64,000 nucleotides of DNA from Candidatus Omnitrophota bacterium (GCA_016177405.1 JACOVG010000006.1:10064-74063), one strand, 5' to 3'. Positions 55,271 through 64,000 are shown, counted from the stretch's first letter. The notes: a model not told the origin generated them from the letters alone. A program made the numbers and translations.

Positions 55271-57595
55271 CTAACGCCTCACCGCAAACAGCAGGAGGAA
55301 AAAGCAGGCTCCCGCTCCGATGGCAAGGAGCGTGAGCCAAGCCGACTCCTTCGCTAAGAAGAGGACCCGGGAGCTTCCCTCCGGAACCTGGAGGACCCAT
55401 CGCAAGCCGGAGGGTTCCAAGGCAAGCGAGGTCTCCTTGCCGCTTACGTCCACCGCGCGAGCCTCCATGTTCCTTAAGTCCAGATGAACCGAGAGCTTCC
55501 CGCCCTTGGAGGCCGGGAGCGTTACCGCCGCGCCGTACGGCGTCTCCCCCAAAGCCAGCGGAGTCGCCAAATCATCCAGAAGATAGGCGACCGGCTTGGC
55601 GGCGGCGTTCTCATACACCGCCGCGTAGGGTCCCTCAAAGACCCGCGTGAACTTTTGAGGATGAAGGCGCTGAAGGTCAAAGCGGCTTATCCAATATCGA
55701 ACGCCGTACTCCTCAAAAATTTCCTCCTCCGGACGGACAATCACACTGCGGTAGTTCAGAATCTGGGCTTCCGGGGTCCCCGGACGCCGCCAAAAGGGGT
55801 TGCCCTGTCTTCTTAATTCGGCATGAACCGGACCGTAAAAGTGAAGAGGCGGCAAGACCCACGCCAGCCCCTGACGCAGGCACGGTTCATTCTTTCGGAG
55901 GTGATAGACCACCCCCTCTTCCCTTTGGGAGGCCAGCGCCCAGAACCCCTGCCAGTTTCCACGCGCCAGCTCCATCTCCCCTGACACCACCACCCCTACC
56001 CGGTACCGATAACCCGGGATTTTCTCCTGGAGGAACCGGAGTTCCGGCGGGGGGGACAGCATCGCCGTGAGCTCCGGCGGCCTCCGGTACCAGCCTGCCC
56101 CATATCCGTAACCAAAGGCCGGGGCGGCGATGGACAGGCTCAAAGCGGCCAGCAGCGCCGCGCGACCCATCGTCCGCGGCGTTCCTGATCTTCTTAAAGC
56201 CAGAAAAGAGAAATAACCCCCCAAGCCAAGAACAATCCCCGCGGCCAAAACCCATGTCCCGTTAAACAAGCTGTGGAAAGCCGTGCCGGATCCGAGCAAT
56301 CCTCGTTGAGAAGCCACGCCGAAGAGCCGATCCTCTCCCAGGAACCACAGCGCGCCTCCCGCGGTCACCGCGAGAACCAGGATCACCCGGTAGAGTCTGT
56401 GCAAAAAACGAATCGTCCTCGTCCGCGTGTCGGCAAACCATGCCAGGTTCACCCCTGCCGCCACCACCCCGCCGCTTAAAAGCGGGAAGACGAAGAGACG
56501 GGAAAATCCCGCGTCCCGAATGAGCACCGAGGGAATCTCGAGGGAACTGACCGCCATCATCAAAAGGCAGTAGCCCGCGGCCCCCGCGGCCAAGATGCGG
56601 CCGGATCCGGCTTGGGACTGCCAAAGCGCCAAGAGGCTGGGCACAAGCAGAAAGGATCCGAAAAGCCAGCTGTTGGGCGGCTGGAAATGATCCATCCAAC
56701 CCAATTTTTCAAAGAGGACCGGAACCGATTCCGGGACCGGAAACCCAAGCCCCAGGAATTGCGGGAGGGAAGACGGGGCAAACCCCCACCCCAGGGGCGT
56801 GAGCGCCTCCCGGGTGGAGAATCCCCAACCCACCGTAAAGAGCATGGGTGCCGCGATCGGCAGCCAGCCTAAGGCGGTCAGGGGCCCCACACGCGTCAGG
56901 AACGGTCGAACGGTTGACGCCCAACGCTCTCTTTGAAGAAAGGCCATCCCAAGGATGCCTCCCAGCAGGTAAGCCTGCGTGGGAATCAGGGCCTGGGACT
57001 GGGTCACGTACGGCTGAAGGGCATTGGCAAGAATGCACCCAACGAGGTGCCGGCGCTTCGCGGTTCTGACCCAAAGCCCGTATTCTCCAAGAGAAACCCC
57101 CAGGAGAACGGACCCCGCTGTCCAGTAGACCTTGGCGGTCCACTCGAGCCAGGAGGTCGCGAAGAAGGCGGTCATCGCCCCCGCGAGCGCGGCGGTCCTC
57201 GAGACCCTCCCCAGTCTGCGGCTGTAGAAGTAGACGACCCCGAAAAGGGCGGCGTGCACCCCAGCGATCAGGATCCCCCAGCCGGTCGGGCTGGCTCCCA
57301 GAGCGATGGAGATGAGCCGGATGAGGTGGAGGGGGTGGTATTTGATGTCGTTACCCCACAGCCTGGTGTCGGTCGCCAAATCAAAGTAATGAAAGAATCG
57401 TCCGCCGGGCCTGGCGTCCCCCATCGAAAAGAGCATGTGGGTTACGGGGTCGCCCTCCGTGCTGGTGACGAAACTTCGGGCCGACAGGAGGATGGGGCCA
57501 TAGAAGACCAGCAGGCACAACGCCAGCACCGCAAGAGGGAGAATGGCCACCGAGGCGCCCTGAGACGCTTGAGGCGAATGGGACGGCTTTGCCAT
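55271..57595 (-). CDS. Large polytopic membrane protein, YfhO/GT-C-like
   Basis: More than 10 hydrophobic segments, YHPL after the first loop, large periplasmic region (GVRYWI...VYEN), final C-terminal TM. Confidence 0.6.
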   Translation of the reverse strand: MAKPSHSPQASQGASVAILPLAVLALCLLVFYGPILLSARSFVTSTEGDPVTHMLFSMGDARPGGRFFHYFDLATDTRLWGNDIKYHPLHLIRLISIALGASPTGWGILIAGVHAALFGVVYFYSRRLGRVSRTAALAGAMTAFFATSWLEWTAKVYWTAGSVLLGVSLGEYGLWVRTAKRRHLVGCILANALQPYVTQSQALIPTQAYLLGGILGMAFLQRERWASTVRPFLTRVGPLTALGWLPIAAPMLFTVGWGFSTREALTPLGWGFAPSSLPQFLGLGFPVPESVPVLFEKLGWMDHFQPPNSWLFGSFLLVPSLLALWQSQAGSGRILAAGAAGYCLLMMAVSSLEIPSVLIRDAGFSRLFVFPLLSGGVVAAGVNLAWFADTRTRTIRFLHRLYRVILVLAVTAGGALWFLGEDRLFGVASQRGLLGSGTAFHSLFNGTWVLAAGIVLGLGGYFSFLALRRSGTPRTMGRAALLAALSLSIAAPAFGYGYGAGWYRRPPELTAMLSPPPELRFLQEKIPGYRYRVGVVVSGEMELARGNWQGFWALASQREEGVVYHLRKNEPCLRQGLAWVLPPLHFYGPVHAELRRQGNPFWRRPGTPEAQILNYRSVIVRPEEEIFEEYGVRYWISRFDLQRLHPQKFTRVFEGPYAAVYENAAAKPVAYLLDDLATPLALGETPYGAAVTLPASKGGKLSVHLDLRNMEARAVDVSGKETSLALEPSGLRWVLQVPEGSSRVLFLAKESAWLTLLAIGAGACFFLLLFAVRR

Positions 57596-57609
57596 GGAGA
57601 AACCTGCCG

Positions 57610-58440
57610 CTACGGCCGGGAAGCGGCAGGCGGACCCGGAACGGGAATGACCCTAGAGAGAACGAGATCGACCAGCCTTGGAAAAACCCCATGAATCCGA
57701 ACGAGCACCTCGGAGGGGGTCCATTGGATCACCGTGCGGGATCTGCGCTCGATTCCCCGAATGATCTTCTTGGCGATCCTGGCAGGGTCTTGCCTTTTCA
57801 CGGTTTGATCAAAACCGACCTTGAGGTTCCCGTGCCGGGTGGTGGTTTGGTACAGATTGGACTCCGTGGGGCCCGGTGATACCATCATCACGTTGATGCC
57901 GAAGGGGGCCAGCTCCAGCCGGAGGCCCTCGGTGAGGGCGTTCAAGGCGAACTTCGTGACGCAGTAGCTGACCTTCCCCGGGAAGGCCCTTCGGCCCATC
58001 GTGGTGGAGAGGTTCACGATCTGGCCGTCCCCGGCGCGCTTCATCCCGGGGATGAGCGTCTGGATCAGAGCCAGCGGCCCATAAAAGTTCACGTCGTGGC
58101 AGGCCTTGAAGTCCTCCAGGGGAACGTCCTCCACCAGACCCTCGACCCCCCGGGCGGCCGAATTGATCAGCACATCGACCGCTGCCAGCTCCTGCTGGAT
58201 GCGTTGGGCCGTCTGGCGCGTTTGGCCGGCATCGGCCAAATCGCAGACGTAGGTCCTGGCGCTGCCTCCCATCCCTTGAATCTCCTGGCCTATTCGCGAC
58301 AGGCCCTGGGCATCCTTATCCAGCAGGGCCAGCCTCGCTCCTTCCCGCGCGGCCTCGTGGCTTAGGGCCCTGCCGATCCCGGAGGCCGCGCCGGTGATCA
58401 GAACCACCCTGCCCTTAAGCGGGTACAGAGGTTTTCTCAT
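57610..58440 (-). CDS. SDR oxidoreductase
   Basis: TGAASGIG, LINSA, YCVTK, VSPGPT. Confidence 0.92.
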   Translation of the reverse strand: MRKPLYPLKGRVVLITGAASGIGRALSHEAAREGARLALLDKDAQGLSRIGQEIQGMGGSARTYVCDLADAGQTRQTAQRIQQELAAVDVLINSAARGVEGLVEDVPLEDFKACHDVNFYGPLALIQTLIPGMKRAGDGQIVNLSTTMGRRAFPGKVSYCVTKFALNALTEGLRLELAPFGINVMMVSPGPTESNLYQTTTRHGNLKVGFDQTVKRQDPARIAKKIIRGIERRSRTVIQWTPSEVLVRIHGVFPRLVDLVLSRVIPVPGPPAASRP

Positions 58441-59797
58441 GGCGCGAGTCCACGGGGTGAGCCCCGGGTGCCGGCGAAGGGTGAAGCTCGAAGTAGCGGT
58501 TGACCACCTCCGCGATGTATTCCATTTGCCTCAACGAAAAAGAGTTGTGGATGGGCAGGAAAACCGTGTTTTGCTTGATCCGCCGGGCGCCCGGAGTGGA
58601 GGCGGCATAGGCGGCAAAGGCCGGTTCCTCGGAGCAGAGGGCCAAGGCATAGCCCCCGTTGTCAATGCCGGCCAGCAAGAGGAACATCTGGAATTGTCCG
58701 GGCTCCTCCGGAACGACCAGCGGGTAATGCCAATAGACGTTTCGATTCGCTCCCTCATCGACGGAGGAGGGGACCCACCGGCGCGCCTGGCGGCTCAACC
58801 GCGCCGTGAGATGGTGCGCCAACCTTCGGCGCTCGTCGGTCAGCGCCCTGCTTCTCTTCAGTACCCGAAGAAGGAGATCGCTTTGCAGATCGCACAGGTA
58901 CGTGAAGGCCGCCGGCGGCATTTCGCTTCGGAGGATACGGGGGTTGGCCTCAAACGGGAGAATTTCGGCGGCTCCCTTGCGGGGATCGCGCTTGGCCTCC
59001 TGAAGCGCGTTGATCATCGCGGGCTTGCCCCGGCAGACCGCCAAGACCGCGTGGTACGTCAACAGCGAGAAGACGGTTCGATGGGTCGCCAGATTGAACT
59101 TCAGGTTGGCCAAGATCTGACCCAGGAGAAAGCCCTTATCGGGCCGGGTGAGAAGCCCCTGGGCCAGGGAGCGGATCTCCGCGGCCATCCGGTCATCGTT
59201 GGTCAGCACGACCCCTCCCGCCAGCGACGCGAGGGTTTTTCCGATGGAAAAGCTTCCCACCGCGGCCGCCCCAAGCGTTCCGAGAAGCTGGCCCCCGGCG
59301 CGCGCGTCCCAGTTCTGCGAGATGTCCTCCACAAGAGCCAGACCTGCCCGGCGAGCCTCTTCGGCGATTGCCTTAAGATCCTGCGGGACCAATCCCGCCA
59401 GATGGGTGACCAGGAGGACGCGGCTTCTGGGGGTGATCTTCCGCTTAAGGTCCTCCAGATCGATGTTTTGGGCCTCTGGGGAGAGATCGACAAAGACCGG
59501 CTTAAGCCCGAGGGTGTGGATGGCGTTGACCATGTCCGGAATGGTGAGAGGGGTCATGAGGACCTCGTCCCCCTCCCGAAGCTTCAGGACCTTTAAGACC
59601 AGATGGAAGGCGAGGCGGCAGCTCGAAACCGTCTGCGCGTGCCTAAACCCGCAATGCGCGGCCAGTTCCGCTTCGGCCCGCCCTGTTTTCTCCCCGCGCC
59701 CAAGGCGGCTGAAGGGCAGCAACGCCAGGGCCCTCAACAATCCGAAGGTCGGCAGATACAGCCTGGCGCGCGGGATCTTGACGAATGGAACGCTCAT
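58415..59797 (-). CDS. DegT-like PLP-dependent aminotransferase (long form)
   Basis: GDEVLMTP, PVFVD, VTHLAG, VEDISQ, SFSIGKTL, FLPIH. Confidence 0.85.
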   Translation of the reverse strand: MSVPFVKIPRARLYLPTFGLLRALALLPFSRLGRGEKTGRAEAELAAHCGFRHAQTVSSCRLAFHLVLKVLKLREGDEVLMTPLTIPDMVNAIHTLGLKPVFVDLSPEAQNIDLEDLKRKITPRSRVLLVTHLAGLVPQDLKAIAEEARRAGLALVEDISQNWDARAGGQLLGTLGAAAVGSFSIGKTLASLAGGVVLTNDDRMAAEIRSLAQGLLTRPDKGFLLGQILANLKFNLATHRTVFSLLTYHAVLAVCRGKPAMINALQEAKRDPRKGAAEILPFEANPRILRSEMPPAAFTYLCDLQSDLLLRVLKRSRALTDERRRLAHHLTARLSRQARRWVPSSVDEGANRNVYWHYPLVVPEEPGQFQMFLLLAGIDNGGYALALCSEEPAFAAYAASTPGARRIKQNTVFLPIHNSFSLRQMEYIAEVVNRYFELHPSPAPGAHPVDSRHEKTSVPA

Positions 59798-59808
59798 CGT
59801 AAACCTTT

Positions 59809-59817
59809 ATTGTACCA
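59809..59817 (-). promoter_or_regulatory. Extended -10 promoter element (TGnTACAAT)
   Basis: Minus strand TGGTACAAT in a 49-nt gap, 11 nt upstream of ATG 59797. No SD and no good -35. Confidence 0.5.
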
Positions 59818-59846
59818 CCAGCGCTTGCCGGCGCAGATCCCAAATG

Positions 59847-60602
59847 TTACCTTTCAAGGACCAACACCCTAAGGTGAGTGAAGGCGTACTTGAGAAGCTT
59901 CCACCCCGAAAGCTTCCGGGCGTTGCGTTCTGGGGGCCACCGAAGAATGGCGGGCAGATCCAAGGAACGGAAACCGCGCGCGTAGGCCTTCACCAGGATC
60001 TCCAAATGAATCTCCTTGTCGTCGGATCTCAAGTTCAGGGTTTCCAGAACCTCTCGCCGGTACGCTCGGGTCATCCCTGAAACCGCCGTGGTCTTACGAC
60101 CCACGGCCGCGCTCAAGGAGCGGTTGGCCAAACGGCTCAACAGCCTCCGGCCCCAAGGAACCCCCTCCATCCGGCCGCCGGCCATATGAACCGAGGCGAT
60201 GGCGATGCCGGTCTCACCCGTGCGGACCGACTGGAAGAGTGACCTCAAGATATCGGTCCCCCAGGTCAGATCCGCTTCGGTCGAGACGATGGTTTGGCCC
60301 CTGGCGGCGGAAAACCCCTGACGCAGGGCGTACCCCCTGCCCCGATTGGGGTGATGGCTCAACAGCCGGACCTCCGGGTAATCCTTTGAGACGGCAGAAA
60401 CCAGAGCGGCCGTGCCATCGCTGCTCCCATCATCAATGGCGATCAGCTCCCAGGCGCAGCCCCAAGCCTTCAGCGACTGGATCAGCCGGCGGAGGTTCTC
60501 CCGAATGGCCGGTGCCTCGTTGTACATCGGCACCACCACGGACAGTTCAGGCGGGAAGGGAGGGCTGGACGTGGCAGGATTCCTGCAGGAGGTGCTGGAC
60601 AA
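59847..60602 (-). CDS. GT2, DPM1-like polyprenol-phosphate glycosyltransferase
   Basis: LSVVVPMYNE, IDDGSSDGT, NRGRGYAL, EADL, SGMTRAYRR. Start codon uncertain (see finding). Confidence 0.88.
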   Translation of the reverse strand: MSSTSCRNPATSSPPFPPELSVVVPMYNEAPAIRENLRRLIQSLKAWGCAWELIAIDDGSSDGTAALVSAVSKDYPEVRLLSHHPNRGRGYALRQGFSAARGQTIVSTEADLTWGTDILRSLFQSVRTGETGIAIASVHMAGGRMEGVPWGRRLLSRLANRSLSAAVGRKTTAVSGMTRAYRREVLETLNLRSDDKEIHLEILVKAYARGFRSLDLPAILRWPPERNARKLSGWKLLKYAFTHLRVLVLER

Positions 60603-61671
60603 TCCGGGAAGCGGCTTGGCCGTCCCAAAGGGGCGGCGGGCTTCCCCGGAAAGAGGAGCCCCCAAGCTCCAAGGCCTCCCGGCAGGCGAGCCGGATGGCC
60701 TCTGGGGAAGTTCCGGCCAGGCGGTTGGTTCCCAGGCGGAGGGTCACCGGCCGCTCGGTGGTTTCCCGAACCGTCACGCAGGGGATCCCCAAATAGGTGG
60801 TTTCCTCTTGGACCCCTCCGGAATCGGTGACCACGAGAGCCGCCTCCCGCATCGCCTTCAAGAAATCGAGGTAGCCCAACGGTTCGGTTCGAAGAATCCC
60901 GGACAAAGGGCCGGCCTGGAGCGCCGTTGCCAGCAGCGCCAAGGATCGATCCGTCCTGGGGTGAACCGGAAAGAGGACCGGCATCCGGGTCCGGAGCCCA
61001 TCCAGGGCTCCCAAGATCCTGGAGAGGGTCCCGGGGTCGTCGACGTTCTCGGGCCGATGCAGGGTCAGCAGGGCGTAGGACTTGGGCCGAAGGTTCAGCC
61101 CGCACGGTCCCTGGGCGCGGTCCAGCCGGTCAAGTCCCCAAATCAGAGAGTCGATCATCACATTGCCCACCTGGCGGATCCGTTCCTCCGGGACCCCTTC
61201 CCGGCGGAGATTCTCGTCCGCTTCGTCCGAGTGGGTGAACAGCAGCCTCGAGAGACGGTCGGTCTCGATTCGATTGATCTCCTCCGGCATCCGCCGGTCA
61301 AAGGAGCGCAGGCCCGCTTCCACGTGAGCCACGGGTATCCCACGCTTGCTGCAAGCCAAGGCGCAGGCCAAGGTGGAATTGACATCCCCCACCACAATCA
61401 CCCAGGCCGGCTCTTCCTGCTCGAGAACTCGCCCAAACCCCTCGAGGATTCCGGCCATCTGCCGGTCGCGCGGCCCGGAACCGACCCCCAGGTTGATCAC
61501 AGCCGGCGGCACCTCCAAGTCCTTGAAAAGGCGCTCCGACATCTGGAGGTCGTAGTGCTGGCCCGTGTGGACCAGCCGGTGAGAAACGCCGGGGGCGTCC
61601 TTCAGCACCCTCGCAAGCGGCGCCACCTTCATCACGTTGGGCCGCGCCCCGACCACCGAGATGATTTTCAT
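60547..61671 (-). CDS. wecB: UDP-N-acetylglucosamine 2-epimerase (non-hydrolysing)
   Basis: VGARPN, HTGQHYD, VGDVNST, HVEAGLRS, MPEEINR, TLHRPENVD, TDSGGVQEE, WDGQAA. Confidence 0.96.
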   Translation of the reverse strand: MKIISVVGARPNVMKVAPLARVLKDAPGVSHRLVHTGQHYDLQMSERLFKDLEVPPAVINLGVGSGPRDRQMAGILEGFGRVLEQEEPAWVIVVGDVNSTLACALACSKRGIPVAHVEAGLRSFDRRMPEEINRIETDRLSRLLFTHSDEADENLRREGVPEERIRQVGNVMIDSLIWGLDRLDRAQGPCGLNLRPKSYALLTLHRPENVDDPGTLSRILGALDGLRTRMPVLFPVHPRTDRSLALLATALQAGPLSGILRTEPLGYLDFLKAMREAALVVTDSGGVQEETTYLGIPCVTVRETTERPVTLRLGTNRLAGTSPEAIRLACREALELGGSSFRGSPPPLWDGQAASRIVQHLLQESCHVQPSLPA

Positions 61672-61690
61672 AGGGACGGGCACCTTGGCA

Positions 61691-63211
61691 TCAATGAAAA
61701 ACGGGCTCGGCAAGGTTTTGGCGGACTTCGAACGTCAGGCGGGGTTTTTCGGGCAAAGGGATCTTGGGGTTCAGGACGGTGGACAGGTCGAATTGAAGCC
61801 ACTTCTCCCATTCGGCGCTGTGGCCGCTCCGGCGCAGCCGCTCAAAAAAGAAAAAGGCAAATGCGGCCGCCAGATCCCGCAGCATGGCGAGGTTGCGCAA
61901 TCTCTTGAGCTGTTTCACAATCGCGCGCGGCCTGGAGTAGAACTTCCAGAAGGCGAACCTCTCGAAGCGGTTGACCTCTTCGGCGCTTAAGTGGTTGAGC
62001 CGGAAAACCACTTCGTTTTGTCCGTAGCGGCTGTACTCCTCGTGCAGCAGCCGCCCCTCCGACTTGAACTGCTCGAAGATCACCGTGCCCGGGTAAGGGG
62101 TCATGACCGACAATTGGAAGAAATCCAGATCCAGATCTATGGCAAATTGCAGGGACTCCCGCAGGGTGTCTTTCGTCTCATTGACATGTCCGATGATGAA
62201 GGAGCCCCGCACCTCCAGGCGGTTCCGGTGGGCCACCTCCACCACGCGCTGGTAGACCTCGTGCTTGATCGGTTTTCCGATGGCCGCCATCAGGGTCTTG
62301 CTGCCCGATTCGATGCCGATCATCACCTGGTGGCAGCCGGCCGCGGCCAACGCCTTCGCCATCTCCTCATTGAACATGTCGCCCCGCACGCAGCAGATCC
62401 AGCTTAGGTCGATCTTTTCCTCCGCCATGCGGCGGCACAGATCCAGAACCGCGCGCCGGTTGACCGTGAAGGTGTCGTCGTAGAAATAGATCTGCCGGAT
62501 GCCGTATTCGGCGCGCAGGCACTTTAAAAGCTCGATCATCTTCTCGACGCTCCGTGAGCGCAGGGTGGTGTTGGCGGAGTTGCAGAAGGTGCATTTGCCC
62601 GGGCAGCCCCGCGTCATGAGGACATTCATCGCCGGCAGGTCCCGGTAGCTGGAGACCGGCGGAAAGTAATCGTCGAAATCCACCAGATGATAGGCGGGCA
62701 GAGGGTAGCGGTCCAGATCCATCTCTATCTTGCGCGGTGGATTGTGGACCACTTGGTCTCCCACGCGGTAGCTCAAGCCTTCGATCTTCTCCCGGGCGGT
62801 CCCCCGCGCGAGCTCGGTCATCAGCATCTCCCCGTCGCCCCGGCCCACCGCGTCGATGGAGGGGTTGCGAAGCATCTCTTCGGGATGGGCCTCGGCGTGA
62901 ACCCCTCCTGTCACAACGGTCACGTCGGGAACCTCTTCCTTACAGATGGCGGCGATGTAGTTGGCCGGCACGTAATGGGGGCTTAGGACCGTGATCCCGA
63001 CCAAGCGTGGGCGCAGCCGCCGGACAATGGCGCGGAAACCACCGGGGCCCATCTCGCGGGCGTGGCAATCCACCACGTGCACCTCGAAGCCCTGCGCCTC
63101 CAGGCAGGAGGCCATCGACAATATCCCCAACGGGGGGAGCATCTTCTTGAGCTTCGAGCGGAAGCTGTAGGTGACCCACGGCGGATAGACGAGCAAGACG
63201 TCCGCCCTCAC
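61691..63211 (-). CDS. Cobalamin-binding radical SAM protein
   Basis: LLVYPP, PPLGIL, GGVHA, GDGE, TRGCPGKCTFC, YDDTF, GIESG, TPYPGT. GTG start with GGAG upstream. Confidence 0.93.
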   Translation of the reverse strand: MRADVLLVYPPWVTYSFRSKLKKMLPPLGILSMASCLEAQGFEVHVVDCHAREMGPGGFRAIVRRLRPRLVGITVLSPHYVPANYIAAICKEEVPDVTVVTGGVHAEAHPEEMLRNPSIDAVGRGDGEMLMTELARGTAREKIEGLSYRVGDQVVHNPPRKIEMDLDRYPLPAYHLVDFDDYFPPVSSYRDLPAMNVLMTRGCPGKCTFCNSANTTLRSRSVEKMIELLKCLRAEYGIRQIYFYDDTFTVNRRAVLDLCRRMAEEKIDLSWICCVRGDMFNEEMAKALAAAGCHQVMIGIESGSKTLMAAIGKPIKHEVYQRVVEVAHRNRLEVRGSFIIGHVNETKDTLRESLQFAIDLDLDFFQLSVMTPYPGTVIFEQFKSEGRLLHEEYSRYGQNEVVFRLNHLSAEEVNRFERFAFWKFYSRPRAIVKQLKRLRNLAMLRDLAAAFAFFFFERLRRSGHSAEWEKWLQFDLSTVLNPKIPLPEKPRLTFEVRQNLAEPVFH

Positions 63212-63249
63212 TTTTTTCGGCTCCCAGGTGATAACGTTCTTCCGGAAAC

Positions 63250-63891
63250 TTATCGGGATGCCCCCCTGAAATCCCGGATGACCGGAAAGGAACCGTTCCT
63301 TAAGCCGCGGCAATGAACCCCAATGAAGCGGCATCCGGCCTTGTGGGCGGCCCGGGCGTCCTCCGGAGTGTCACCAAAAAAAAGGATTTGGGATGGTTTG
63401 AGATTCTTCTTCATACATAACTTGTTTATCCACAATGATTTATCAACAGGCGCGCCGCGTACCATCTGGAAGAATGGCCGCCAGCCGCGCGCAGACAGAA
63501 TCTTAAGCAGGATGGGGTGGGGGGTCGCCGAAAGCAGGGCGGTCAGATGCGTCGGGTAAACGGCGGCCAAGAAGGCTGAAGCCCCGGGAATCTCCGGAGC
63601 CTGAATGATGGGCTGGGTCGTTGCCTCCTCAAAACGCTTCAAGAGGTCTTTCCTTACGCCCGCGGTGTACGGCCGCTTAAGAATAGAGCGATACACATGG
63701 CGGAATTTCTCCCACCGGGGCGTGTGCGGATAACCGTTGCAGTAGTTGAGAATCTCCTTCAAGTGCTTGGCCTCATCCAAAAAGCAGGTCTTAAACGCCC
63801 GCCTCTTGATCGGATTGGAATCCACCAGCGTCCCGTCAAAGTCGAAGACCAAAGCCTTGGCTTTTTTAAGCCAGGCCCGCAAGTCAAGCAC
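63250..63891 (-). CDS. HAD-superfamily phosphatase
   Basis: VFDFDGTLVDS (motif I), LSATP, FFGDTPED. Confidence 0.92.
   Translation of the reverse strand: MLDLRAWLKKAKALVFDFDGTLVDSNPIKRRAFKTCFLDEAKHLKEILNYCNGYPHTPRWEKFRHVYRSILKRPYTAGVRKDLLKRFEEATTQPIIQAPEIPGASAFLAAVYPTHLTALLSATPHPILLKILSARGWRPFFQMVRGAPVDKSLWINKLCMKKNLKPSQILFFGDTPEDARAAHKAGCRFIGVHCRGLRNGSFPVIRDFRGASR
63411..63448 (+). promoter_or_regulatory. Tandem DnaA-box-like 9-mers inside the HAD CDS
   Basis: TTATCCACA 63426-63434 (consensus), TTATCAACA 63440-63448 (1 mismatch), TCATACATA 63411-63419 (2 mismatches), in a local AT-rich patch. Confidence 0.45.
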
Positions 63892-64000
63892 CTCTTCTGG
63901 CGGCAGGCAGAGGCGCTTGGGGCGCGAACAGCCGGATCAGGGCACGCATCCTTTCGCCCCATTTCCAAAGCAGGAAAACGTCGGAAGCCAGCACCAAGAA
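63884..64000 (-). CDS. C-terminus of an upstream, probably membrane, protein (5'-truncated)
   Basis: Open frame ...FLVLASDVFLLWKWGERMRALIRLFAPQAPLPAARRGA* ending at TGA 63884, overlapping the HAD start. Confidence 0.55.
   Translation of the reverse strand, partial: FLVLASDVFLLWKWGERMRALIRLFAPQAPLPAARRGA

Noticed and set aside
4299-63334. Long N-terminal extensions in the ORF track (e.g. starts at 5576, 8140, 12813, 29303, 40278, 43247, 49000, 51357, 63334)
   Set aside because: They overlap upstream genes extensively and precede the family N-terminal motifs, so starts were trimmed to coupled or SD-supported codons.
63411-63448. Replication origin (oriC)
   Set aside because: Only 2-3 boxes, inside an intact CDS, with no dnaA/dnaN or intergenic unwinding element. 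Kept only as a possible DnaA site.
1-64000. CRISPR arrays, tRNA/rRNA, IS elements, integrases, prophage or defence genes
   Set aside because: No repeat-spacer periodicity, RNA gene signatures or transposase/integrase motifs were seen, and there is almost no intergenic space. The methyltransferases lack DNA-MTase motifs.

Overview
The whole 64 kb window is the interior of one very large, GC-rich bacterial surface-glycan (O-antigen, capsule or glycoprotein) biosynthesis locus. About 61 genes all lie on the minus strand, most overlapping or abutting (ATGA/GTGA coupling), and the locus runs off both ends. It encodes nucleotide-sugar enzymes (RfbF/RfbG/RmlC-like/C-methyltransferase, WecB, a NeuB-type synthase, three ulosonate-type cytidylyltransferases, three DegT aminotransferases, many SDRs). 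It also encodes GT2, GT4 and GT-C glycosyltransferases, an MsbA/PglK-type ABC exporter, and a large set of tailoring enzymes (10 class I SAM-fold proteins, 3 radical SAM enzymes, AsnB, an N-acetyl-sugar amidotransferase, GNAT, formyltransferase, PIG-L deacetylase). The best candidate for an undescribed system is a carboxy-SAM synthase (CmoA) with no adjacent CmoB, coupled between sugar methyltransferase-like genes, which suggests Cx-SAM-dependent glycan carboxymethylation. Other highlights are a GatA-like amidase beside the amidotransferase where HisH/HisF would be expected, an active/degenerate pair of membrane-anchored transglutaminase-fold proteins, two GT domain fusions, and tandem DnaA-box-like 9-mers inside a CDS. 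No RNA genes, CRISPR arrays or mobile elements were recognised. All family calls come from motif recognition by eye, not database searches, and many starts were trimmed from the supplied ORF track.
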